From the NCBI RefSeq assembly GCF_003057965.1, contig NZ_CP020921.1:1538916-1602915 (forward strand): 64,000 bases of DNA. The letters run 5' to 3'. Source of the DNA: Thermodesulfobium acidiphilum. Lineage in GTDB: Bacteria; Thermodesulfobiota; Thermodesulfobiia; Thermodesulfobiales; Thermodesulfobiaceae. Both the position numbers and the translations under genes were made by a program. This document shows, piece by piece, positions 29,087-39,451 of this stretch (its first letter is position 1; each line of letters starts with the position of its first letter). Below the pieces are notes generated by a model that was not told the origin of the DNA, ran no database searches, and saw only the letters and a list, made by a program, of their open reading frames with translations.

Positions 29087-29390
29087 TTTCCAAACCTAAA
29101 ATTTGAATTACGAGATATTTCATAAACATTATCTTAATTATATATTACTTTATAACTTTAGTCACTTTTTTGGAATATAATAATTTCACTAGCAATTAAC
29201 ATTAAATAATTAAAATTTTAGCATACATCCAATAAAAAATGCTTTTTTGGCTAAACTTCCAGGAAAAAATATCTTTAATCAAATTAGGCACGCAATCTTG
29301 AGAAAAAAAATCATATTTCAAGGCAATCCTAAAATAAATTAATTAACAAAACCTATTCTCTTTTATCAAATTCATTATAAAATATATCAA

Positions 29391-31940
29391 ATGGAGTTAG
29401 ATTTTTATTATGGAAAAGATAAAAAAGAAAGAGAAAGCTTTGTAATATATCACCTGCGCGACCGTCTCCTTTACGGTCGAAAGATATTGTTTGAGAGAAC
29501 CATCTCAGGTTTCATTGACCCTCTGGAAGTAGAAAGTTATTTAAACAAACTATACAGGGAAGTATGTTCTGACATATTAAAATTCTGCATAATAGAAGCA
29601 AGGGGAGAAGGATTCCCAGAAGAAGATATATGCATAGCTGCTGTTGGTGGTTTTGGTAGATGTGAGATGGCCCCTTATTCAGATATTGATTTAGTTTTTT
29701 TGTCCCAAAACGAAGAAGGACCTTTTTTAGATAACGTTCTAAAAAGAGGCTACAGACTTTTGTCAGATATCTTTTTTGGTATAGATTTAGAAGTCGGCTA
29801 TAGTTTTAGAACTACAGAAATAAAACACATCGACCACATTACAAGAACCAGCTTTCTAGATTCTAACATTATTTCTGGAGATAATAACATATTTCAAGAA
29901 TTCAAAAGAAATTTTTGGAATAGATTAAACTTAGCAGAATTCATATTTGTAAAGTTATCAGAAAGAGAAATAGCGTCACAAAAGTTCGGCGATAACCCTT
30001 ATTTATTAAGCCCAAACTTAAAGGAATGTAGGGGTGGGCTTAGAGATTATCATACATTTAAATGGATTTTTCAGAGTAGGTATGCACTTTCAAACTGTTC
30101 AATTGCTAAAGATGTAGAAAATACTTATATTTTGGATAAAGATGATATCAATAGGCTCGAATCGTCATATCGATTTCTTAGAAAAATAAGAATCTTATTA
30201 CATATAATGGCCAGAAAAAGACAGGATTATCTTTCAAAAAATTATCAACCAAGGTTAGCAGAATTTTTAGGTTATAAAAACTCAGTAGAATTTATGAAAG
30301 AATTAATTTATTATCTTGAAAATATCTCAGAAATATCAAGCAGAGGAATAAAAAAGATACTTCAAGAAGGTTTTCAAATTTCAAGTTGCTTCTCAATAAA
30401 AGGAAACAGTATTACTTATCAATATGACTCTCCTATTCAAATTTTTAGATTCGATTTCATAAGAGCTTTTGAATATAAATCTCTTTACGATCTGGAATTA
30501 TCAGTAAATCTTGAAGAAGAATTTATCAAACAACGCAGCAAACTAAAACCCAATGATGAGACTATGAACGTATTTTTAAAAATCCTTAAAAATGGAAAAA
30601 ACAAAGCTTCCATATTAAGAAATATGCAATCTTTGGGTCTGCTTGAAATACTGATACCAGAAACCAGGGGAATTTTTTATACTTTACCCGAAGATCCCAT
30701 GCACGAATTTACTATTGGAGAACACACAATGGTTATGATTGAAACTCTCGAAATGTTTGAAAGAGGCGATTTTGGACAAGAAATAGCAGAAATATTTAAT
30801 TCTTTATCAAACCCACTTGTTTTATATCTTGCAGCTTTATTTCATGATATTGCAAAGTTAAAAAATTCAGAAAATCACGATATAGAAGGTGCAAAAATAT
30901 TTTCTAACTGGGCAAAAAAAACTAGATTAGATCAGAATACTATAAATAACGTTAGTTTTATCATAGCAAACCATCTTCAAATGGTAAGAACTTCAAGATT
31001 AAGAGACCTTCACAGAGAAGAAACTATTGAAGAATTCGCTCAATTAGTTTCAGACACGGAAAGGTTAAAAAACTTATATCTTATTTCTTATGCAGATTTA
31101 TATTCTTTGTCAAAAAAGAAACCAAGCCCGATATCAATTTATCAGCTAAACGAGCTTTTTAAAAAGAGTCAATCAAATTTACTAAGGCCTGCATCAAAAA
31201 CAGACTTTAAAGACGTATTTAAAAAGAATATAAAAAAGAATCTGCCAAACAAAGATGAAATAAATCTCTATATTGACAACATGCCTGCTACTTATTTAAT
31301 GAACATACCACAAGAAATTATTGCGTTTCATTTGGACCTTATTTCCAGATTAAAAAACGAAACGCCTCAAGTATATTTTGAAGAATCAATCAACAAAGAC
31401 TTTTCTAAAGTTACAATTGCTACATATGAGATTGAAGGGCTCCTGTGGAAAATAGCAGCAGTATTTTATGCTCACAATTTAGATATCCACACCGCTGAAT
31501 TATACAAGTTCTCCACAAAACCACCGGTAGTAATTAACGAAATTTGGACAACTTTCAAAAACAAACCAGTTCCTGAGTTTTTAGCGCAATCAGTACAGAA
31601 AGATTTGCGCGATACTCTTAGTTTAAAAAGAGATATATTTGAACTATTAAGACAGAAAAACAAAGATATAGAATTTCCCGTAAAGCTTTTCAACGTTAAT
31701 TGTTTAAACAATATATCCCCTAAATCAACTGTCATAGAAATAATAGCTGAAGATAGACACGGACTTTTGTATAGGTTAACTCAGACCCTATCCTCTCTTG
31801 GACTTTACATACAAACAGCAAAAATTTCCACCTGGGAAGGTAGAGCTGAGGATGCATTTTATATTACAAAGGAAAATAACTTAAAGTTAAGTGAGCAAGA
31901 ATGCCAAGAATATTTGAAAAAAATAGTTTACCATATATAA
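29391..31940 (+). CDS. glnD: PII uridylyltransferase/uridylyl-removing enzyme
   Basis: AVGGFGR.EMAPYSDIDL, PNLKE.RGGLRD, H.FT..EH, LFHDIAK, two ACT domains. Confidence 0.93.
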   Translation: MELDFYYGKDKKERESFVIYHLRDRLLYGRKILFERTISGFIDPLEVESYLNKLYREVCSDILKFCIIEARGEGFPEEDICIAAVGGFGRCEMAPYSDIDLVFLSQNEEGPFLDNVLKRGYRLLSDIFFGIDLEVGYSFRTTEIKHIDHITRTSFLDSNIISGDNNIFQEFKRNFWNRLNLAEFIFVKLSEREIASQKFGDNPYLLSPNLKECRGGLRDYHTFKWIFQSRYALSNCSIAKDVENTYILDKDDINRLESSYRFLRKIRILLHIMARKRQDYLSKNYQPRLAEFLGYKNSVEFMKELIYYLENISEISSRGIKKILQEGFQISSCFSIKGNSITYQYDSPIQIFRFDFIRAFEYKSLYDLELSVNLEEEFIKQRSKLKPNDETMNVFLKILKNGKNKASILRNMQSLGLLEILIPETRGIFYTLPEDPMHEFTIGEHTMVMIETLEMFERGDFGQEIAEIFNSLSNPLVLYLAALFHDIAKLKNSENHDIEGAKIFSNWAKKTRLDQNTINNVSFIIANHLQMVRTSRLRDLHREETIEEFAQLVSDTERLKNLYLISYADLYSLSKKKPSPISIYQLNELFKKSQSNLLRPASKTDFKDVFKKNIKKNLPNKDEINLYIDNMPATYLMNIPQEIIAFHLDLISRLKNETPQVYFEESINKDFSKVTIATYEIEGLLWKIAAVFYAHNLDIHTAELYKFSTKPPVVINEIWTTFKNKPVPEFLAQSVQKDLRDTLSLKRDIFELLRQKNKDIEFPVKLFNVNCLNNISPKSTVIEIIAEDRHGLLYRLTQTLSSLGLYIQTAKISTWEGRAEDAFYITKENNLKLSEQECQEYLKKIVYHI

Positions 31941-31999
31941 TTTCTAATTTGCTCTACGTCAAATAAACTTATTAAGAACCATTTAAGGAGGAAAAAACA

Positions 32000-33199
32000 A
32001 TAGATATCAAGAAAATAATCGAAGATTTTTCAAAAATTAGTTCTAAGAATGAAGAAGTCTTTCGCTTGGGATATTCAGAGGAAGAAGATAAAGCTATTAG
32101 TTATGTTTTGAAATTACTTCCAAAAAATTTTGAAATCAAAACAGATAATATCGGAAATTTGATCGCAATGCACAATCAAGATCCTTTATCCCAAAAGGTT
32201 TTACTCGGTATTCATCTTGATACAATGCCATTTAGCGGCAAATATTCATCGTCACTTCCTATGATAGTAGCAATTGGTTCTATCAACAAATTGTTAGAAA
32301 AGGATTTTTATCCGAAGAAAACAGTGGGCTTAATAATCTTTAGAGCCACTTCTCCAAACAGGTTTTCCAGGGGTTGCATCGGTTCAAGAGGAGCGGTAGG
32401 AGAGCTAAACGAAAGAGATCTGTATCTCTCAGACAAAGACGGAGTATTGCTGCAAGATGAAGTAATAAAGAGAAGCCTTGGGCTTTCAAGCAGTTTTCCT
32501 ACCTTTTTTAAAGACGATGTACATACTTTTTTAGAGATAGAAAGCGACTTTTCTGGTATATTGAGCGAAAAATCTGTTCCACTTTGTATGGTAAAAAATC
32601 AACAAGGCCCAGTTATTTTAAAATTATCCATCGTAGGCAAAATTCAATATACCTGTTGCACTCCATTTAATTTAATTAGAGGTCCTTTAAATGCTTTTAT
32701 AAAAATTTTAGATCTTCTTTATAAAATGATAAAAGAGAATAATCTATTCGGTGGAGTATACGAGGTTAATATGGAACCAAAAGTCATGGGAGTCTTTCCA
32801 AACAGAATAAACTTTAACCTTGATCTTAGATCCCCAGATCTAAAGTTAAGAAGTGAACTTCTTAATAATCTAAAAACTATGATAAACAAAATATCTGAAG
32901 AAGAAAGTTGCCAAATAGATATTTTAAGCCAAATATCTCATTCTCCTCACATCTTTTCTGATAAATTAATCGAAATTTCAAAAAGGGTATTTTTAAAAAA
33001 GAATATCAAACTTATAACAATTGACACTGGAATCTTATCCAATGCAAGGTGGATGAGTCTGGTAAGTCAGGAAACAGGAATGGTGTTATTAAGATACAAG
33101 AAAGGAAATTCGCCTGAAAAAGAAGATATAAACGAAAATGATATAATCCTAAGTATTGATGTTGTAAGTAACATATTAAGGGAGAGGGTTTCTTTATGA
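32000..33199 (+). CDS. M20/allantoate amidohydrolase homologue with degenerate metal site
   Basis: D.IGNL, G.HLDT, RF...CIGS, P....F.LDLRS fold motifs; probable ATA start 8 nt after AAGGAGG. Confidence 0.75.
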   Translation: MDIKKIIEDFSKISSKNEEVFRLGYSEEEDKAISYVLKLLPKNFEIKTDNIGNLIAMHNQDPLSQKVLLGIHLDTMPFSGKYSSSLPMIVAIGSINKLLEKDFYPKKTVGLIIFRATSPNRFSRGCIGSRGAVGELNERDLYLSDKDGVLLQDEVIKRSLGLSSSFPTFFKDDVHTFLEIESDFSGILSEKSVPLCMVKNQQGPVILKLSIVGKIQYTCCTPFNLIRGPLNAFIKILDLLYKMIKENNLFGGVYEVNMEPKVMGVFPNRINFNLDLRSPDLKLRSELLNNLKTMINKISEEESCQIDILSQISHSPHIFSDKLIEISKRVFLKKNIKLITIDTGILSNARWMSLVSQETGMVLLRYKKGNSPEKEDINENDIILSIDVVSNILRERVSL

Positions 33200-34074
33200 A
33201 TACTGGACCATGGCTTATAATATTAACTGGTCTTTCTGGGGCAGGTAAATCTCAAGCACTACATGCCCTTGAAGACCTAGGATTCTTCTGTATAGATAAC
33301 TTGCCGCCGTTTTTATTACCTGAACTTACAAGATTTTCTTTCTCTCCTAAGTTTCCAATTTCCCGCATGGCAGTGGTAATTGATATTAGAGGAAAAACTC
33401 TCTTCCCTGATCTGCAAAATATTCTAAAAAAGATAAAGGAACAACCAATAAACATAACCACACTTTTCCTTGAAGCTAGCGATGAAGTTTTAATCAGAAG
33501 ATTTTCAGAGACAAGGAGGCGACATCCTCTATCTCAAGAGGGGGGATATCTCTCTGCGGGTATCATAAAGGAAAGAGAAATGCTTTCAGCAATAAGAGAG
33601 ATGTCTGATATAGTTATAGATACTTCATATATGAAAGTAAACCAACTAAAAGAAAGATTAAGAGCTTATTTTGCTTCAGAAGAAGAACAAATTTTTAATA
33701 CAACTCTTCTTTCATTTGGCTTTAAATATGGCATACCTATGGATGCAGATATGATTATAGATGTAAGATTTTTGCCAAACCCTTTTTATGAAGAACATCT
33801 AAAAAACCTAACAGGTCTGGATGCTCCCGTAGAAGACTTCATACTTTCACAAGAAGTTACTAAAAATTTTCTTAAAGTTTTAGATCAATATCTTTTGTTT
33901 TTTCTACCAAAGTGTATGGAAGAAGGAAAGAGTAATGTAACAATCGCAATAGGTTGTACTGGAGGAGAACACAGATCTGTTACTATAGTTCGCGAGTTGG
34001 CAAGAAGATATAGAAACTTAGGTTTCAAAATTTTTGAGTGGCACAGAGATCTAAAAATTGGGAGAAATAATTAA
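33196..34074 (+). CDS. rapZ: RNase adapter RapZ/YvcJ
   Basis: TGLSGAGKS, CIDNLP, SETRRRHPL, SFGFKYG, GCTGG.HRSV. Confidence 0.96.
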   Translation: MNTGPWLIILTGLSGAGKSQALHALEDLGFFCIDNLPPFLLPELTRFSFSPKFPISRMAVVIDIRGKTLFPDLQNILKKIKEQPINITTLFLEASDEVLIRRFSETRRRHPLSQEGGYLSAGIIKEREMLSAIREMSDIVIDTSYMKVNQLKERLRAYFASEEEQIFNTTLLSFGFKYGIPMDADMIIDVRFLPNPFYEEHLKNLTGLDAPVEDFILSQEVTKNFLKVLDQYLLFFLPKCMEEGKSNVTIAIGCTGGEHRSVTIVRELARRYRNLGFKIFEWHRDLKIGRNN

Positions 34075-35376
34075 ATGAGTTTCAGACCTTTAAAATGGCT
34101 CAGATGGCTAACGCCCGGTTTAAAGATAAAAAGGTGGATCTTTCTTGGTTCATTATCTTTACTTTTAATAGTAACAAGCCTAATATTATCATTAGAAGCG
34201 ATTCCAATAACAAGATTATTTATAAAGAATTTATCTTACTTTATTAATGAAATTTCTTCAAAAATACCAATCCAGATAATTTCTTTATTACTATTTCTGA
34301 TAGGTTTTGTAGCTCTAATCTATTCTATTAGAGGTTTGGTAAAGCAAATTGTTAAACCTATGCAAATAGGATCAAGAAGAGACGTAGTAGAACTCCTGTG
34401 GCTAGAAAGACAGCTAAAAAAAAGGCCACAGGTAGTAGTAATTGGTGGCGGAACTGGTCAGTCTACAGTTCTTAGAGGATTAAAATATTATCCTATTAAT
34501 CTGACTGCAATAGTAACTCCTTTTGACGACGGAGGCTCTTCAGGATTTATAAGAAAAGAACTGGGATTTCTTCCTCCTGGAGATATAAGAAATTGTCTGG
34601 CTGCGTTATCTCTTCAGGAAGACTTACTTGGAGCTGTTTTACAATATAGATTTAAGGGTGTCCCTGGCCTTGAAGGACATCCAGTAGGAAACATCCTCTT
34701 AGCTGCTGCTACAGAAATAACGGGAGATTTTTTGAAGGCTATTAATATGGTTGAAAAAATAATTTCAGCAAGAGGACATGTTATTCCTTCAACCCTCTTT
34801 AACACAAAACTCTGTGCAAAACTAAAAGACGGTTCAATTGTTAAAGGAGAATCTAACATATCAAAAAGTATTTATCCAATAGAAACTATATTTTTAGATC
34901 CTTTGCCCCCTAGTGCTTTCCCGGAAGCCATAAAAAAAATAAACGAAGCGGATGCAATTGTTATTGGACCTGGAAGTCTCTTTACAAGTATTTTGCCAAA
35001 TCTACTTATGAAAGACCTGTTAAAAGCGATAAGAGAGTCGAAGGCAATAAAAATTTATGTCTGCAACATCATGACACAGCCAGGTGAAACGGGTGGATAT
35101 AAGGCTTCTGATCATGTTAGGGCTTTTCTAGAGATACTTGGTTTTTTACCATTTGACACGGTTCTTCTAAATAACAAAAAACCTGAAAAACTTATCGACT
35201 ATTATGAACAAAAAGGCTCTGAAATAGTAATTAACGACTTGCATGAACTCGAAAGGTTTAATGTCAAAATTGTCCTGGCAGATTTATTATATGAAAAAAA
35301 TCACATAAGGCACGATCACAAAAAATTAGCAAAAATCATTTTTGACAACATATTTAAGAATACCAGAGCACATTAG
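34075..35376 (+). CDS. yvcK: YvcK/GlmR (CofD-like) with N-terminal TM segments
   Basis: GGGTG, DDGGSSG, PPGDIRNC, GPGSLFTS, NIMTQPGET, RHD. Confidence 0.93.
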   Translation: MSFRPLKWLRWLTPGLKIKRWIFLGSLSLLLIVTSLILSLEAIPITRLFIKNLSYFINEISSKIPIQIISLLLFLIGFVALIYSIRGLVKQIVKPMQIGSRRDVVELLWLERQLKKRPQVVVIGGGTGQSTVLRGLKYYPINLTAIVTPFDDGGSSGFIRKELGFLPPGDIRNCLAALSLQEDLLGAVLQYRFKGVPGLEGHPVGNILLAAATEITGDFLKAINMVEKIISARGHVIPSTLFNTKLCAKLKDGSIVKGESNISKSIYPIETIFLDPLPPSAFPEAIKKINEADAIVIGPGSLFTSILPNLLMKDLLKAIRESKAIKIYVCNIMTQPGETGGYKASDHVRAFLEILGFLPFDTVLLNNKKPEKLIDYYEQKGSEIVINDLHELERFNVKIVLADLLYEKNHIRHDHKKLAKIIFDNIFKNTRAH

Positions 35377-35523
35377 ATATAGAAGATATCAAATTAACCA
35401 TAATATAAATGTGATATGATGAAATTATTTTATTTAAGTTAATGAATTAATTTTAAAAAAATTCTACACAAAATTGTTCTTTGAATTTGTTAGATGATAT
35501 AATGTCTTTGGACGGGTGGAAAA

Positions 35524-36408
35524 ATGTTGAAATTAAAAAAGGACGAAAATGAAATAATAAGAAGTGAGATAGCTTCTTTACCAATAGAGAATAAGAGATT
35601 GTCAAAATTTGAGTTGAAAGGGATAATGATTTCTCACTCAAAAATAACTGGCAGGGATATTGTTGTAAAGTGTAAAGACTTTAAGGTAGCCAAGAGAACA
35701 ATTATGTTAGCCCATTTTCTAAACATAAAAACACAATTGTATCAAAACTCAAGACAGAATATTCAAATACCCAAAAAGTTAAAAACTTCTCAAGAAAACC
35801 AGAAAACTACAACAGTAAAATTAGAAAAGCTTTTATTGCCAGATCCACCTGAAACTTTCCCATCTCAAAAATCTATTCAAAGTTTTTTAAGAGGATTATT
35901 TTTAAATTCAGGTTATTTAAGCACAAAAAATGGTTATCATCTCGAAATTATCACAAATAACGAAATATTTGGTTTTTTGTCCACACTTTTAGAGGATGTT
36001 GGCTTTAATTTTAAAATAAGAAAAACTAACAGCTACAGCCTTTTTTTAAAAAATTTTAGAGAAATAGTCTCATTTTTGGCATATATTCAAGTGCATAATT
36101 TTTGTGCTTACATTGAAGCAGAAGCTATAAAAAAGGAAGTTAATAATGAAATAAACAGAGAGGTAAATTATGAAACTGGCAACATAAAAAGACAAATAAA
36201 GGCCTCTCTCGAAATATTAAGATCAATAAATATCCTTGAAAGTTCAGAAAATTATTGTAGATTGCCAATAAAATGGCAAAAGATGATTGCTTTGAAAAAA
36301 AATCATCCGTTACTTTCCATGAAAGAAATAGGAGAACATCTTGGAATGTCAAAAAATCAAGTTTCATCTGTATTTAGACAAATAAGAAAATTAACATTTA
36401 ACCTGTAG
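35524..36408 (+). CDS. whiA: DNA-binding protein WhiA
   Basis: FLRGLFL..G, YHLEI, NR.VNYETGN, C-terminal HTH; canonical position after yvcK. Confidence 0.88.
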   Translation: MLKLKKDENEIIRSEIASLPIENKRLSKFELKGIMISHSKITGRDIVVKCKDFKVAKRTIMLAHFLNIKTQLYQNSRQNIQIPKKLKTSQENQKTTTVKLEKLLLPDPPETFPSQKSIQSFLRGLFLNSGYLSTKNGYHLEIITNNEIFGFLSTLLEDVGFNFKIRKTNSYSLFLKNFREIVSFLAYIQVHNFCAYIEAEAIKKEVNNEINREVNYETGNIKRQIKASLEILRSINILESSENYCRLPIKWQKMIALKKNHPLLSMKEIGEHLGMSKNQVSSVFRQIRKLTFNL

Positions 36409-36418
36409 GAGGGAGAAC

Positions 36419-37426
36419 ATGAGAGTAGCAGTTAATGGTTTTGGAAGAATTGGACGTTTGTTCGTTAGGCTCGCATTTTCGTTGCCAGATATTGAAATAG
36501 TAGCAATAAACAGTTCAAGAAAGATATCTCAATTAGCTCATCTATTACAGTACGATTCTACGTACAGAACCTGGGACAAAGAAGTAAGCTTTGATGATGA
36601 CAATATAATAATCGAGGGTAAAAAAGTAAAAATTCTTGAAGAAAGAAAAGACACGACAAAACTCCCATGGAAAGATCTAGATGTTGACCTGGTAATAGAG
36701 TCAACAGGAGAACTTACAAAAAGGGAACTTGCCGAAAACCACATTACAGCTGGAGCAAAAAAAGTTCTCATCACTGCTCCGGGGAAAGATGTTGACGCTT
36801 TTATTGTTGTTGGGGTGAATGACCAGATACTAGATTTAGAAAAGCACAGAATAATTTCAGCTGCATCGTGTACAACAAATTGTCTTGCACCCGCCATAAA
36901 GGTTTTGTTTGACAAATTTGGAATAGTTTCAGGCTTTATGACCACCGTACACGCATACACTATGGATCAAAGATTGCTTGACGGTACACACAAAAAAGAC
37001 TTTAGAAGAGCACGCTCTGCTGCTATAAACATAGTACCAACTTCAACTGGTGCTGCAAAATCTATTGGAAAAGTTATACCAGAATTAAATGGGAAAATGG
37101 ACGGAGTAGCACTAAGGGTTCCTGTACCAACAGGATCAATGGTTGATCTAAGCGTTATTTTGGAAAAACAACCTTCAATTGAAGAAATTAAATCAGCCTA
37201 CAAAGAGGCTGAATCTTGCGAACCTTTAAAAGGTATTCTAAAGTATACAGAGGTTCCTTTAGTTTCATCTGACTACATTGGTACCTTTTATTCTTCAATA
37301 ATTGACGGCTTAATGCTAAATAAAACTGGAGATATATATAAAATTTACGCATGGTATGACAATGAACACGGTTATGCCTGTAGGGTCGTAGATTTAGCCA
37401 AAAAACTTATACCAGCCTTTAAGTAA
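36419..37426 (+). CDS. gap: Type I glyceraldehyde-3-phosphate dehydrogenase
   Basis: NGFGRIGR, ASCTTNCL, WYDNE. Confidence 0.98.
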   Translation: MRVAVNGFGRIGRLFVRLAFSLPDIEIVAINSSRKISQLAHLLQYDSTYRTWDKEVSFDDDNIIIEGKKVKILEERKDTTKLPWKDLDVDLVIESTGELTKRELAENHITAGAKKVLITAPGKDVDAFIVVGVNDQILDLEKHRIISAASCTTNCLAPAIKVLFDKFGIVSGFMTTVHAYTMDQRLLDGTHKKDFRRARSAAINIVPTSTGAAKSIGKVIPELNGKMDGVALRVPVPTGSMVDLSVILEKQPSIEEIKSAYKEAESCEPLKGILKYTEVPLVSSDYIGTFYSSIIDGLMLNKTGDIYKIYAWYDNEHGYACRVVDLAKKLIPAFK

Positions 37427-37519
37427 AATTTAAAAAAAATTTATTTTTTTATTTTTAACTGATAAATACATGCTATTTATTTGTGTTTTTAAAAAGATTA
37501 GTTACCTAGGGAGGCTGAA

Positions 37520-38710
37520 ATGGAATTTAATAAAAAGTTACTTATAGATTTTCCCGTTTATCAGCTAGAAGGTAAAAGAGTTTTCGTAAGAGCAGATTTA
37601 AACGATCCGGCAGATTCTGATGGCAATCTCACAGGAGATATGAGAATAAGAGCAGTGTTGCCTACAATTGGCTATCTGGTAAACGCAAGAGCAAAGGTAA
37701 TTCTTGCATCCCACTTTGGTCGTCCAAAAAATAGAGAAAAAGAATTCTCTTTAAGAGGTGTAAAGAAAAGGCTTGAAGAACTATCGAGCTTTAGAATTCA
37801 CCTTGCACCTGACTGTCAGGGAGAAGATGTTGTTAAATTGTCAAAAGAATTAAAAAATGGAGAAGTTTTACTACTCGAAAACCTTAGATTTTGTCCAGGA
37901 GAAACTAAAAACGATCCAGAATATGCAAGATTTTTAGCCTCGCTTGGAGATATATATGTAGCAGAAGCATTCGGAGCATGCCACAGAGAACATGCATCAA
38001 TTTCATCAGTACCAAAGTTAATACCTTCCATGGCAGGGTTTCTATTGGCAAAAGAAATAAATACTTTAAACAAGTTATTACACAATCCCGAACAACCGCT
38101 AGTAGTAGTGGCAGGAGGCAAAAAGGTTTCTGACAAAATAAAGGTAATAGGGAATCTAATAGACAAAGTAGACAGTATTTGCGTGGGCGGTGGAATGAGC
38201 TTTGCATTTCTAAAAGCAAAAGGATATGAAATTGGAAAATCATATGTAGAAGATAATATGGACGCTGTAGCAAAGGAAATACTTGGAAAAAATGGGAAAA
38301 AGATATTATTACCTGTAGACGTAATGGTAGCAAAAGAATTAAGGCCTGCATCAGAATCCAAAGTAGTAAATGTAGACGAAATCCCATCCGACTGGTATGG
38401 AGTTGACATAGGGCCAAAGACTATAGAAATGTTTAAAGCTCAAATATCAAAGGCAAAAACAATATTCTGGAATGGCCCACTTGGAATTGTTGAGATTCCA
38501 GACTTTTCGTACGGAACAAGAATAGTAGGTTTATACATTGCACTTTCATCCGCAATCACTGTATCTGGGGGAGGAGACACTGCTGAAGTTGTAAGAATGA
38601 TGAATCTTGATCAACACTTCACTCACGTATCAACAGGCGGTGGAGCCGCATTAAAATTCTTAGAAGGAGCTGATCTACCCGGCATATCAGTTCTTCCAGA
38701 AAGGAGCTAA
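37520..38710 (+). CDS. pgk: Phosphoglycerate kinase
   Basis: SHFGRP, LLENLRF, KVSDKI, WNGP.G, HVSTGGGA. Confidence 0.98.
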   Translation: MEFNKKLLIDFPVYQLEGKRVFVRADLNDPADSDGNLTGDMRIRAVLPTIGYLVNARAKVILASHFGRPKNREKEFSLRGVKKRLEELSSFRIHLAPDCQGEDVVKLSKELKNGEVLLLENLRFCPGETKNDPEYARFLASLGDIYVAEAFGACHREHASISSVPKLIPSMAGFLLAKEINTLNKLLHNPEQPLVVVAGGKKVSDKIKVIGNLIDKVDSICVGGGMSFAFLKAKGYEIGKSYVEDNMDAVAKEILGKNGKKILLPVDVMVAKELRPASESKVVNVDEIPSDWYGVDIGPKTIEMFKAQISKAKTIFWNGPLGIVEIPDFSYGTRIVGLYIALSSAITVSGGGDTAEVVRMMNLDQHFTHVSTGGGAALKFLEGADLPGISVLPERS

Positions 38711-38711
38711 A

Positions 38712-39410
38712 ATGAATTACGCTATTGCAAACTTTAAAATGAACAAAACTTCAGATGAAGTTGAAGAATATGTTTGTGAATTAAGACAAAACCTAAAAAA
38801 TAATGTAAAAACCGTAATTTGTCCCTCCTTTGTTTCTCTTGAAAGGGCTGTAAAAGCATCCTTCGGATCCTTAATTGACATCGGCGCTCAAAACCTATTT
38901 TTTGAAGAAAAAGGCGCCTTTACAGGCGAGATATCTATTGGAATGTTAGAGAATATAGGAGTAAAATACGCGATAATAGGTCACTCTGAAAGGAGACAAT
39001 ACTTCAAAGAATCAGATGACTTATTACTAAAAAAGGTTAAAGCAGCAGCCAACAGATTAAAGGTAATTTATTGCTTTGGTGAGACAGAAGAGGAAAAAGA
39101 TTCTGGTAAATCACTTGAAGTAACGTTTAATCAGTTAAATCTGGTAAAAAGCTTTTTTGAGAAGATAATTTTAGCATACGAACCAGTCTGGGCAATAGGA
39201 ACTGGCAAAACTGCTAATGCAGGAGAATCATTTGCTTTAATTAAAGAATTAGAATCGAAATTAGGAAGCCTCCCAGATTGCCTTTATGGAGGATCGGTCA
39301 ATCATAAAAATGCAAAATCATTTATTGACGCTGGATTTAAAGGTGTACTGGTTGGTTCTGCAAGTCTTGATGTAAAAGAATTTTCAAAAATTATAGAAGA
39401 AATGTCTTAA
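38712..39410 (+). CDS. tpiA: Triosephosphate isomerase
   Basis: ANFKMN, GAFTGE, IGHSERR, AYEPVWAIGTG, YGGSV. Confidence 0.98.
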   Translation: MNYAIANFKMNKTSDEVEEYVCELRQNLKNNVKTVICPSFVSLERAVKASFGSLIDIGAQNLFFEEKGAFTGEISIGMLENIGVKYAIIGHSERRQYFKESDDLLLKKVKAAANRLKVIYCFGETEEEKDSGKSLEVTFNQLNLVKSFFEKIILAYEPVWAIGTGKTANAGESFALIKELESKLGSLPDCLYGGSVNHKNAKSFIDAGFKGVLVGSASLDVKEFSKIIEEMS

Positions 39411-39451
39411 AATAGACAAAGCAAATTCTAAATAAAATCTAGGAGGGAAAA

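Noticed and set aside
29285-29302. TAGGCACGCAATCTTGA upstream of glnD as a sigma54 promoter
   Set aside because: The -12 GC is absent and the GG-N10-GC spacing is not met
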